From: Bugula neritina
Lineage: Eukaryota; Animalia; Bryozoa
Direction of reading: 5' to 3'
DNA: 64,000 bases
NCBI GenBank assembly: GCA_964035545.1
Contig: OZ037773.1
Span: forward strand, 8,275,751 to 8,339,750
Part shown: positions 34,169 through 50,800 of the stretch, piece by piece
Layout: each line of letters starts with the position of its first letter
Numbering within the stretch: the stretch's first letter is position 1
The notes under the pieces: model-generated
What the model was told of the DNA's origin: nothing
Databases searched by the model: none
What the model saw: only the letters and a program-made list of their open reading frames with translations
Position numbers and translations under genes: made by a program

Positions 34169-35305
34169 TCAGCTTGCAAATCTGACTCTCCTATAACCCT
34201 TATTCCTATCACTACTCCCACTACTTGACCTATAAGGTTTGGTCTCTCTTTCGGGGCAATCTTTAGTGGTGTGCCCTCGGCAGTTACATACGAAGCACCT
34301 TACATCAGGGCAGTCCCTAATTCTATGATCATGTTTTTTACAATGATAGCAAAGATTTCCTTCTCTTCTAGGGGAGCTAAACCTTTTAGACCTAGAATGA
34401 TAGTAACCCGAATTCAGTCTATCTACGAGAGGTTTTTCATCCCTCCTCCTTCGTTGGCTTGAACAGAATTTATCCCTACTATTGTAATGTCGTTTACTAT
34501 GATCATCAGAGCTATTACTAGATCCACTCGAGCTTCTACTTCTATAGTGGTCACTATTCCTAAGGCTACTTCTCAAATAAGGTCTCCACTTTATTTTAGA
34601 TCTAGAAACCCTATTAACAGAATAACTGTCACAGGTGTCACTGCTACTGTTTCTAGTCTGCTTAAGAGAACTTACAGCCCCGACTTCTTGTTTGACGTCC
34701 ACTATTGTCCTAGCTTCATTTAAAAGTAGGTCTGAGTCTCTAGCTAGCTTTTTTGCTTTAAGCTTAGTATTTAAGTCGTCCCAGGATAAATCGGGTTCTT
34801 GCAATAATTGTCTCCTAGCATTAGTATCGCGCAAGCCATTTACTGCTAAGGCAACACTAAGTCTCCTTCTAACATCCTCGGTCCCAGCACCTAAACCTAA
34901 TTCTCTACTAAGTTTTTCTACTCTCAGCAAGTATTCTCTTTCATCCTCATCAATGGCCTGTGACACTGTCACAAACCTCATTGTTTTAACATAAAAGCTA
35001 TCTGACCTATCATAGTGGCCCCTAAGTAGACCTAATGCTTGCTCATAGCCTTCATTCCCATTGTTTCTCAAATCAAAGCCAAGAGATTGTAACGTGGCTC
35101 TACCATCATTGCCTATTGCGCTCAACAATGCTAACAACTTAGTCCTACCTCTAAATTTATTTACTTCTACACCCTCCACTGTCTCTTTTCCCAGATTCAA
35201 AGTAGTTAACTCTACTGTTATCTCAAATTGAGCTAGCCAATCATTCCATGATCCTGTCACATCATTACAATTCAATTGAAGTCTTGGAAATGAATTTAAA
35301 TCCAT
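34169..35305 (-). CDS. gag: Gypsy Gag (capsid plus two CCHC zinc knuckles), 378 aa
   Basis: WNDWLAQFE..LLSAIG..Q..DE..REY..NGLRD..RRQLL pattern typical of Mag-like Gag; CYHCKKHDHRIRDC and CFVCNCRGHTTKDC. Confidence 0.9.
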   Translation of the reverse strand: MDLNSFPRLQLNCNDVTGSWNDWLAQFEITVELTTLNLGKETVEGVEVNKFRGRTKLLALLSAIGNDGRATLQSLGFDLRNNGNEGYEQALGLLRGHYDRSDSFYVKTMRFVTVSQAIDEDEREYLLRVEKLSRELGLGAGTEDVRRRLSVALAVNGLRDTNARRQLLQEPDLSWDDLNTKLKAKKLARDSDLLLNEARTIVDVKQEVGAVSSLKQTRNSSSDTCDSYSVNRVSRSKIKWRPYLRSSLRNSDHYRSRSSSGSSNSSDDHSKRHYNSRDKFCSSQRRRRDEKPLVDRLNSGYYHSRSKRFSSPRREGNLCYHCKKHDHRIRDCPDVRCFVCNCRGHTTKDCPERETKPYRSSSGSSDRNKGYRRVRFAS

Positions 35306-35511
35306 GACTTTGTTGTTACAATTCCCTGTGGTACAAAGGTTACTACTTGTACTAGTTTGGAGCCTTGATTTACTCGTGTGTTATGTCGAGATGCCAATCA
35401 CAAAATATCTTAAACACTGAGTATCACTGTTTCGGTCACTTGTTGTAAATGACTGTAGTATCACAGTTGCCAGCTGTGAATCACGATATCAAATTACGAT
35501 TATCACTCATT

Positions 35512-35742
35512 AGACTACACTAACAATAACACTACACTAACAATAACACTACACTAACAATAACACTACACTAACACTAACAGTAACACTGCACCAACAG
35601 TAACACTGCACCACCAGTAACACTGCACCAACAGTAACACTGCACCAACAGTAACACTACACTACACTACACTACACTACACTACACTACACTACACTAC
35701 ACTACACTACACTACACTACACTACACTACACTACCCTACAC
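35512..35742. repeat. 17-bp repeats and (CACTA)n in the retroelement leader
   Basis: AACAATAACACTACACT / AACAGTAACACTGCACC units followed by about 17 CACTA. Confidence 0.9.
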
Positions 35743-35861
35743 TTATATTATTATATTATATTCAAAACACTTGCAACTGATAATGATTAATTGAAGAAAG
35801 TACTTATCTATCATCTATAGTTGTAAGGACAGAAAGAGTTTCTCACTGGCAGGTTAGTTAA

Positions 35862-35880
35862 AATCCTGCCGACTGCGCCA
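35862..35880 (-). other. Primer-binding site (tRNA-Ser type)
   Basis: TGGCGCAGTCGGCAGGATT immediately after the 5' LTR, complementary to a tRNA 3' end AAUCCUGCCGACUGCG-CCA. Confidence 0.85.
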
Positions 35881-36093
35881 TGTTAGATTACCACAATGTA
35901 ATAGTATGTCTTACCAGTGATAAAGCTGCTAGATGAAAGAGACCGTTCACTCTGTTTGTCTGGGTTTTATCTGCCTTAGCTTGTAGCTATCTCAGCTATA
36001 CGGTGGCTGGTAGGGCAACTCTTAGTAACACGATAGCTCAAGTATCTGATAGGCTATTGTCATTAGCTAAACTCTCAGCGTACCACTATAACA
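35881..36093 (-). repeat. 5' LTR
   Basis: 213 bp, TG..CA, followed by the PBS on the minus strand. Confidence 0.95.
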
Positions 36094-37539
36094 CTTTCTC
36101 AATTTTTCCATTTCTGCACCTAACTCATATTTTGGCTACCACACGAAAAAATTAAAATCTGAATAAAAAACTATCTTTTTTAAAATTCAAATAAAAATTA
36201 TACCGAAATGAACTCTCAATCATAAAAATCAAGAAAGCTTTCTTGTCTCTCATAAATTTATTGTTAAATAGCAATGGCTATTATTACAAAAAACAGAATG
36301 TTCTACAATTGTAAAACTTACAGTTCACTAATTGTAGTTAATAGTTAAACTAATCCAATTTGTCCATTTTATTATGATTAAATATTTCAAATGAAGAAGT
36401 CAAAATTAGATCTTGCTATTTTAAACCAAAAGGCATAAACATACTAATACTGATGCAGTAACACTAAGTCTAACTGTCAATTTTATTCTTATTTATTATT
36501 ATATTTATATTATTTATAGTAAAATAATTTTTAGTAAAAAGTAATTTTATTGATAATAATTTTTAACATAATCATAATTAATCATAATGATATCTCTATT
36601 ATTTAATATGAGTTCAAATTTCAACTAAACACAAACAGATGCTTCTTCAAGTTTATTACTATTGGTGACAATATTTTTTCAATCGGTTCTCAAGATGAAG
36701 TCGAAACATTAAAATCGAAATGAAAAATAACAATCATAGTTTCAACTGAGCCCTACTAGGAGCGTGTCGTTTGAATTATTATTTATGCAAGTTCCCAGCG
36801 GAAAATCCAACAAAGCACTGAGCGACTCGCCCACGTTACCAATGTATTATTTCATACGCACACAATGTACTAAAGTACACGCAAGTGAAGCATTAATAAC
36901 AAGGCGGCAATATCAGTCTAAAGATTCGAGTCACTGCCGTGTTTATTAATTCTTAACCTTATTTTATTATTGAGTGCAGGAATGGGAATTCTGTTGAACT
37001 AAGGCAAGTCGCAACAACCAGCGATTGTTTCCAAACCCCGTCGCAAAAATCAATGTTTCAACATACTTTGCCGTGAAGACCACATTAATTTTTTCTCTAT
37101 GCAACGTGTACTTTCAAGCAGGAAAGACAACTGCTGCCTGATGGACCAACTTTAACTTATGTTTGAACAATCATAATAATAATATAATTGAGCATTTCAA
37201 TATACAAGTCATAGAGGTTTGTTGGGTGGTGAGGTGGAAGGTTTTATTGGATAATTTTTAAATATGCACAAAAAGTTTTGTATTTACAATATGAATACTG
37301 GTGGCATTCATCTGTACAAATAAGCTTGTTCCTGAAAGATAGACTAATACAACACAACATAAATGCAGCTGGCAGCACACAATGATGAATTGAAACAAAT
37401 AATATGTGAAAAACAGACAGTAACAACCAAGGAATTTCGATACCAATTTTGGTAAAATGCAATTTTTTTTTAATAGTTCACTTTTTAATGTTGAGCATTG
37501 ATTTGAAAGTTTAATTTAGCAGCCGAGTAGCAATACAAT

Positions 37540-41421
<3,882 letters not shown>

Positions 41422-42180
41422 TCAATTTTAAGTTTCGGCCTAAATTATTTTAATAATGAATTAATTCGAGAATATTTTTTTATTAAAAAGAAAATCAAAA
41501 TGTAGCAAATATTTTGCTACATTTTCATTGTTGCAAAAAATGCAATATAAATCTGATTTTAAAAACCAAATTGAAAACGAAATTTAGTTTTACAGTTAAA
41601 TGCGTTTCGACTGACAGTTGGTTTCTACAGTTACACAAATACTTGAAATAATTATATTCAAAAGTATTACTATAAATAAAAGCAAAAAAACTCCGCATTA
41701 AACTTAAAAAGTAAAACTTCAAGCTCAACTGCAAGATTTACTCACTTTAGAGTTTAGATTATTGCAATGCAAATGAGTAAAGCAATGGCATTCACGTTAC
41801 AATAAACTTCTGACTGATACCTTAGTTCAATTAGTCAAGCATTAAAATAAAGATATGCAGAACTTACCAAGTTGTGTGCTTTGCTATCGCAGAACTTCAC
41901 ACCACCACCCTGTGCAGCTGCATTTAAAGAAAGAAAGAATGAACTAGAACACGCGAGGATTACAAACGCTAGATGTTTCTACGCCTTTTTTTCTTCTTTT
42001 TTTTATTCACTAATAATTTTGATGAAAATATGCTTATAACACAACAAAATTTTATTAAAAAGTTTTTATCATTTTTTCAATTATTATTTTAAAAAGTTTC
42101 AATGAAAAATGTATTTTTGCGTCAATATTATTTGCAAAAAACCACTTGTTTTAAAGCGTTTAAACTTCCGTCTAGTAAAT

Positions 42181-42258
42181 GTTCTAGAAGCTTCTACGGC
42201 TTTTCACCACTTGTTGACTTTATATTCGCGGGCGATATGCAAGCTTCCAGAATTTTTC
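42181..42258. promoter_or_regulatory. Heat-shock elements upstream of HSP90
   Basis: Perfect nTTCnnGAAnnTTCn at 42181-42195 and a second cTTCcaGAAttTTTc at 42244-42258, about 250-320 bp upstream of non-coding exon 1. Confidence 0.8.
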
Positions 42259-45200
42259 ACTGTATCCGCTATAGGCGGAGTTAACCTATCATTCAGCAAT
42301 AGACTACAATAGAGACCCATATGATATATGAAGGCTGTGGCATAATGCACGTTAGAACCACGTTACAAAGTCTGTGACGAGTACTAGATACAATACACAA
42401 ATCATTCAATAATTTATTGATTCGAAATCGCAATACTTTGGGTCAACAGATGAACATTTTAAAAATATTTCAAGATGAAAAATGAAGATCATGTGACAAT
42501 ATTGATATTTTGTTTACTAACTGGCCATGAACCACTCTTTAGAACTATGATGACAAAAATGTCACAAGTTGAAGCTACAATGCAGCGGCTGTTATTTAGT
42601 ATGAAGTACATTGCAAATTTACCAATTACCATGTTAAAATCACTAAAACTGCAAACATAAATAGCCTGAGCCGCCATTGCCAAATAGCTCTGTACCTTCT
42701 TTGTAGATGAGGGTAGATTCGGTAATTTTGAGTTTGAGTTTAGAGCTCGATCAGTCAATGCTACAGATATCAGCCAATATTCTAACTATTCATTAAATAA
42801 GAACTCAGACTGCATAAAAACATGACAGCTAAATAATTTAATTTTACTCCTGAACTCCAAATACTCTTTTAAGATTTTTAACTAAACTGTAATTTATAAA
42901 GGGCTTTTTGATATTGATACAATATATTCCACTGCAAAGATCAAGAGCAACTAGTCATAAGCATATAACTTTGAGTTGAACCAAACTCGAATATTTGTGA
43001 TGCTACGAGAAAATAGTAGGCTGATTCATTTGGTACTCAAGTTTTCTGGTTCCACTGAATAAAACTTGAGCTTGGTTACACTTTGTGGCCGACTAAAATC
43101 AGAACCCAGGTTTTGAGCTGAGAATTGACTAGATCATGTTGGGGACATTCATTCTAGTAGTATTGTAGCATCAACACTAGCAACTTTCTGAAGCTAATCA
43201 TGGTGTCTTTGTGATGGTAAAAGTAAATAATTCAGCAGTCTCGTGTTGTAGTAGTAGTAGTAGTAGTAGCTGGGAGATAAGATTTATATTCTTGCGTTTC
43301 ACGTTCGTTGATTAGTGGATTGCTGGGAACATATTATATTTAGAAAATCAATGAAGCGTGCGCAAGCCTCTTGAGGTTTTTAGTGGCTACGAAGCAAATG
43401 GACGCTGAACACGCTCATCGTTGAAGCAACGTAAACTTGCAATAGCTGGAAAACCAGTAAAATCATAGTATTACTGAAACCTTGTAGCATGTAGCGATTG
43501 CATAATCGATGTTTCTAGTATTTTCTAAGGAATGTGTCCCATCATGGCCAGGCTATTCTTCCACTACAAACTAGATTACCTAATATATTTATTATTATTA
43601 TTATGAAAAGATGGTATAAGTGTATACATGTACCATGCATGTAGTGTTGTTTTACATGACATAAATCAGAAGCAAACAAATAAATATGCATTATTCATTA
43701 TCACTTGACAGCCACAGAATGAAGGCCATAAGCTATGCCAGATTTTATGGAGGTGATCTTTACAATATCATAAACATTGCAGCTGGACAAACAAACAAAC
43801 ATCAAAACAATACTTTTTAATAGCTTATTTTCTATATATTTTAAGTTATCTATATCTTCTATGACAAGGGACTAATAAAAGCACAGCTGCATCACAAACA
43901 GTAAGGACATCCGGTAATTTATATTGTCTAGTAGAAAATAATTTCTATATAATATAAAGCACTATTGTTTTAAGGCCTTGGCCTTAAAAAAAGGAAGCTA
44001 AAATGTACAGGGTTATATTATTTTAGATACAAATGGCACTATGGAATTCAGGAAGATATGAAACCATGAGATATGAAGGGAGCACTGTAGGCCTACTTGC
44101 ATATAACATTAATAATATGTTACAGGTACTACATATATAACTTACTCTTATATTGAAATAGTTGATCCACTCTATATAATTTATCACTTGGTGCATATTT
44201 ATGTATTTTCTAGAAATATTTCCAAAGTGATATTTAAACTCATGTAAAGATTTTCTTCTCCCGTACTGTTAATTTTGCCATCATCTTGTTTAAAAATATA
44301 TAAAACTTAAAACTCCTTCATTGCTTACAATACTATACTAGCATTTTAAGGCATATATGAATAGGCTAGGTGTGAATTGAGAGAGATCGACTGTTTGCTA
44401 AAAAAATATAATACAATGATAGCATTACGCAAATCAGCAGTCAATATATGCATGCAGCTACGCCAAAATTTTCACGGCCGAAACACCAATTTTCTAATAA
44501 CTTTATAGCAAATTACACATATAATTACAACCCCCCCCCCTCCCAACCAGTTAATTTATGACGGTCACAGCTGTAAGAAAAAAAAATAAAAGTTGCCATA
44601 TTAGCATTTTTTACCACTTTTTAGCAACATTTTGCACTTTTCCGAATTTTTATAGCATTTTCGCTCCACTGTGGTGGAATTTCCCTTACTAAATATTACT
44701 GCCCCATTTTGGAATTTCAGTAACTAGCTGTTACCATGCTGTGCATGACAGTGTTCCCCCCTTACTACCTAATACATTATAAAATAATCAAATTATTATA
44801 TTTATTTTATTATTTGATTGTTTGCAGTAATTATATATTTGCATCAAAATAATATTATGAATAGGATTGTACAACGAGACATATATAGTATAAAAGTGAC
44901 ATGCTACGACTAATCAACACAAATATACATATTAGAAAATGTAATGTTATTATAGAAATATGTAATTACAGCTCTGTACACATGTAATAAAATATTTATA
45001 AAATATTATAGTATAAAATATTACTGTAAAAATATAAATCAGCCAATATTACAATCTATGTTTCATAAGCAATGCATGATTAGTAACAAGAGTAATACGA
45101 AATATCCACACTATAATACAATATCATTTTTTAATCAATATACATACATGTAGATACACTATGACAATTATCAGTGAAAAAATAAAACTCTTAAAATATA

Positions 45201-45604
45201 GTAAAGGAATAATGGCAAAGAGAAATCAACATTGACCTGTATATTCTACCGACCACTATCGCTTAGTTGGTAGTTCCTACATTCACTCATTCAATATGAT
45301 TTTAACTGCTTCACCCTTCTGCTGTTTTAATCACAATAATCGTTTACTCAAATAGAAACACATCTAATATACTTGCTACAAGCTAAGCATACCCTTTAAA
45401 CCTAAAGTTACTTTTAGAGTTATTCTCTCTACAGGTTTTGCAAACGCCTCTGATACAAGAATAAAATTTACAGCTACCTTAAAATGCATATGGTTAGCTG
45501 TGCTCCTAAACGGTAGAATAATGTGAAAGAAGTTTTACAGTCTATGAAAATGAGGGAATGAGATTTGATAGTTACTTTGGTCTTTGATACATACTATATC
45601 TCTA

Positions 45605-45890
45605 ACTGTAGGTGGAGAGGGCAAGAGAGTGAGAGGGGTAGTGTGTAGAGTGAGAGAGGTAATAACTACAGAGAGGGGTAGTATGTAGCGTGAGAGGGTA
45701 GTTTGTAGAGAGAGAGGGGTAGGAAAAAGAGAGAGGGGGGTAGTAAGTAGAGAGAGAGGCAGTGTGTAGAGTGAGAGGGGTAGGAAGTAGAGAGGAAGGG
45801 GGTAATACGTGGAGAGGAAGGGGGTAGTACGTGAAGATCAAGGAACAGGAAGTAGAGATCAATTTGGGTAGTAGAAAGAGAGTAGAGCAC
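45605..45890. repeat. GA-rich low-complexity repeat
   Basis: Degenerate AGAGAGGGGTAG units. Confidence 0.7.
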
Positions 45891-46215
45891 AGCCAAAGGC
45901 CCATTTCATTGTAACTAAAACCTGAAGACTAATGCTTATACAAAAATTACTATTTTGATACAAACTAAATACAAATTAAAATGACTACAACGACAGACTA
46001 AACTGCATCTAATAAAGTTTATGCATAATTTCAATACAAAAACTACGGCTATTAGATATGCTCCCTGAGAAAAAATATTAAGAAAATAGATTATGGAGAA
46101 AATATGAAGGCTATGTGGAACATTCTATGACTATGGATAAACTTTATACCCGTTTGGAAAAATCTTTGACTGACCAATGAGGTCATGTGACTTATACGTC
46201 TGCATAAGGTTTAGC

Positions 46216-47712
46216 CTAAGAGTGATATGAGGTGGGCAGGTCTTTACGACCCCCCATGAGTTTCACACGAGGCATTGTACTCTCCTGAGACGATGAGCTG
46301 TCATCCGACATGGACACAGCTTGCATATTTCTTCTCGGGTCAGTCCTCTTTTTCACGTAACATATCGCGAGAATAAGACACGCCCCCATGACGAATGAGA
46401 TTACGACTACTACTATAGTTACTTCAATAGATATCACGCGGCCAGAGTTGAATGGTAAGTTACTAGCTGGCGGCTGATCACGATCAGCTGGTGGACAGTT
46501 GCATGGAATAACCTTGTGTGGAGGACAACTCCCAGGTTTATCTTCTATTGAGCTTACTGAGACCTTCGGCTTGCTTTCAAGGAAGGTATTGGGTGTCTAA
46601 AGTAAACGGATTATCGAAATTTTAAAAGAAAACTGCAACAGACAAACAGTCAAGCACTTTTCAAAGAAATTAATCAACTAAAACTGAAGAGTAGCTAATG
46701 TACTTTAAAGAACATGAATAGTACAATTTATTACCAACCCTAGACGCATGGCCTCAGAGCGTTGCTATGAAAGAAGGGTGCGTACTAATAGCTACACTTA
46801 CAGGTTTTTGAGTAATAGCAACAGGTGAAGGTCGTCTCTGCACTGATATGCCAACATCCAAGGCTGCGTGAGAGATTAATGCAGGTTTGGAGTTGTTTTT
46901 CCTTTCACAATACTCCGACTGACTCACGCACTAAATAATAAAAATAAAACACAAGATAAAAATAATTACTATAACAAGAAAACGGCACATGTATAATTTA
47001 AGGAATGGTGGATTCAATCGGAAGAAATATTTCACTAAAATAATTCTTGATGAAAATTCTATTATAAATAAATTAAAATAACAATGCTGTAAATTATTTT
47101 CAGTGGATAACTTATAGTAGAATATTTATTATATAATATAATATAATATTATTTTATTATCCTTATTATATAATCCTGCTTATACTATATTGTTTATTAT
47201 TATATAATAAGATATTATTATGTTTTCTTATACTTATTATCCTTTTTATACTATCTTATATTATATTATTTCATTATTTTTAGAATCTTATTGAATTATG
47301 TGGCACAATTCATGTTGAATATTTGCATCATAAACTATATAACTATTTAATGGAAAATCCTCCTCACCGGGGGAGAGCACGGTGTCACGGTGCAAAACAA
47401 GTATATCGGTTTATTGCCGTGCAGACGTCTGGCTCGAAACAGGAACTTCCGTGATGATCCCGTCACATCCTCTTTGAACTGCACATCTCTATCAGACGGA
47501 CACCTAAATATTATACGCCCGAGTTTAAAATATGTTGTTGTTCGATAGGAACGAAGGTATATATAGCAGCTAGAGCACAGATGACAGGAACTGTCTTATA
47601 TAAACACTTCTAATCAAACTGGCGTTTGTAACCCACACAACACACACACACGCGCACACATAAAAAACAAACACACACAACACACACACACAAACACGCA
47701 CACACAAACACG

Positions 47713-47800
<88 letters not shown>

Positions 47801-50800
47801 CACGCACACACACACACACACACGCACACGAAAGTAGTAATATTGTGAGAGTTGTCTCACCCTCTCATGATGAGGAAATGACTGTCTGCCATAACAATGG
47901 GCTGGGCTTCACTGTTGATAAAACAAGAGTCAATGTGTACACTCTTTGCCTGCACTTGGCTGTCAAAGGCTTGAATCTAGAAGCAAACGTAATTTGTGAT
48001 ACTGTGCTGTTTGATAAATAAATCGAAATGTTGTAAAATAATATTGTTATACGTTACAATATTAAACAACAATTATGATCATATCTTTATTGAAACTACC
48101 GGTTTTATGAGCAAAACTTTTCATTCTATCCGATATCGGACCATTAGTCACATGACTACTGATTCTACAAGTTTAAAAATCACGACTTCCCCATTTTAGT
48201 ATGAGGGCAGCTAGAAATCTGGTTAAAAAACATTATTTACAAAGTCTTTTTCACTATTACATCTACCTAGTATATATAGCACACACACAAACCTACACTT
48301 TTTCTAAAAGTGTAAGTATAACACACAATCCTACACTCCTTCTAAAGATGTAAGTATTACACACAAATCTACACTCATTCTTAAGATGTAAGTATAACAC
48401 AAACCTACACTCATTCTAAAGATGTAAGTATAACACACAAACCTACACTCCTTCTAAAGATGTAAGTATAACACAAACCTACACTCATTCTAAAGATGTA
48501 AGTATAACACACAAACCTACACTCATTCTAAAGGTGTAAGTACTACACACAAGCCTACACTCACTCTAAAGATGTAAGTATCTACCTGTACGTATAAACT
48601 GGTGCCTCGAATGACATGCTGCAGCTGCTGTGCGTCCATCTTATGACTGAATGAGTCTGTGCTGAATATTTCTATCCGAGTCTTACTGATATCATAGAGG
48701 GAGTTACCATCAGTCTATAAAGTATATAATAACATATCATAAAGGGAGTTACCATCAGTCTATAAAGTATATAATAACATATCATAGAGGGAGTTACCAT
48801 CAGTCTATAAAGTATATAATAACATATCATAGAGGGAGTTACCATCAGTCTATAAAGTATATAATAACATATCATAAAGGAAGTTACCATTAGTCTATAA
48901 AGTATATAATAACATATCATAAAGGGAGTTACTATCAGTCTATAAAGTATATAATAACATATCATAGAGGGAGTTACTATCAGTCTATAAAGTATATTAT
49001 AATAACATAAGAGCAAAGTATAACAAACTAGTATAATAATAATATAATGTTAACAGTACAACCAAGTAAATTATACAAATGCTTTTTTATTTACAAACTA
49101 AAGTAAACTAAATTTATTTCATACACTGGTGCTGAGTTAAAGAACTGTCAATTTGAGAAAAGTTTTATTCATTTGGAATAATTTGATTGGAAACAGTTCT
49201 GCGTACAAACACTGGTAAATACCTGCTCTAAGGCTATTAAAGTCACACTCTGAGGCTAGCAAAGTCAAACTCTGAGGCTAGTAAAGTCACAGGATGCCCA
49301 GAGAGCAGTTTGCAGGTAGTGTGAAGTTTACCGACATACCAACAAAATATAATTTGGAGTTATGCTCTTTCACATATGGTCTCGAAACTTGCCCAAGTGT
49401 GTTACTTACCCCAGAATAGCCAGATGTGGTGGAGTTAATGCTTTCATCTACTCGATATGTACAACTCAAGTCAAGCTCAGCCAAACCACTACCACCTGCA
49501 AGATACAAACACATGTAGAGGGGGAGTTCACAGTAGAGGAGGGCATTTTCTAGAGGAAATTATATGTACCATAATGGGGGTATGAGCTGTGGAGAATAGA
49601 AGGGCATATACTGTAGGGTACTGGGTACCAAATGTAGGAGTCGAGTGTACAATTGGAATATATTAAAATGACACAGAAAATTCTTCATAACACACAACGA
49701 TAACTGAGATAATCACCAATAAAATATTTTTATTTAACTTTAATAAAATCTTGAAATTGGGTTTTATTTTTGATTTTCACCACATTTTTTCTAAAAAAGA
49801 CTTTATTACTTCATGAGTGAATTATGTTGTCAGTTTGACATTAATTTAGCTTATGTAACATTTTTGTACATGATTTGTACACACAATGTCATCACAAGAT
49901 TGCTAGTAGGAAAACTGGGAGTTTTCCCTCCTGTTCATCAAGGTATTGACATGGATTTATCACAGGGGCACTTGAGATCCATGTTTCATATCATATTTAA
50001 AGTATGCATAGCAAATAATGCGGTTATTGATAAAGTGTAAACCAGAGTAATGTTTAGTAGATGAGTGGCCATATGGTGTGTGAGTGCAGTGGGTGATTCA
50101 CAATGGCAGCTTTGTACGTTGCATGTGCTTGAATTGAAGTAGTGCTGAATGAATACGAGTAAAACTAGAGGTCCCTCAGTGCAAACATGTGTGACAATAT
50201 ACAACAGTTCACTGTTTACTGAATGATAATCACGTGTTAGCAACCTGCATTCTCTGTCAGCAAATTTTTGTTTACAGGAAAACAGAATAAAAAGTTGCTT
50301 TTGGTAAACAGTTTAAATCCAGCACCTTGTAATAATATATAGCTTTGCGTATTGTGGTTGGACCACCAGCATCAAATGAGGCTATCGAACTTTGTCCATT
50401 GCTAAATATGTTATCCATACTGGAGTTCACATCAGCTCTTTCACAGCAACCAACATTGTAGCTGGGAAACTTTGTTCCTGTATCATCTAAAGGTGCCTGT
50501 TACCCCCCCCCCCCCCCCCAACCCAGTGGGTAAGTAACTATGCGCAATTTGGGTGGCACAGTAAAGCCTATGTTCTTGAATTATACCCATAAGATGGTAC
50601 GATATATTTTGAAAATCTCTCATAAACAATCTAATTTGCAATACTTATCAAGAACACAAGCTTTTTCATTATTCTCCTAACCAGCACCCACCTTTTTCTA
50701 ATTACATATTTTTAGGTTTAAACATAAAAAATGTAAAAAAAGAAGCTAAGTGGTGACACCAGCCCATTCACTAAATAGAAATAGTCATATCAGAAGAATA

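Larger units (their letters stand above)
32390..36093 (-). mobile_element. Non-autonomous Ty3/Gypsy (Mag-like) LTR retrotransposon, pol deleted, 3704 bp
   Basis: Two identical 213-bp TG..CA LTRs, 5-bp TSD CTTTC (32385-32389, 36094-36098), tRNA-Ser-type PBS, PPT ATTGGAAGGGGGCA, gag ORF. No protease, RT, RNase H or integrase core. Confidence 0.95.

Noticed and set aside
33083-34994. Plus-strand ORFs inside the LTR element
   Set aside because: Antisense shadows of gag and the extra ORF; no recognisable motifs.
42300-45500. Gene divergent from HSP90
   Set aside because: Short ORFs without motifs, and no phase-consistent exon chain could be built.
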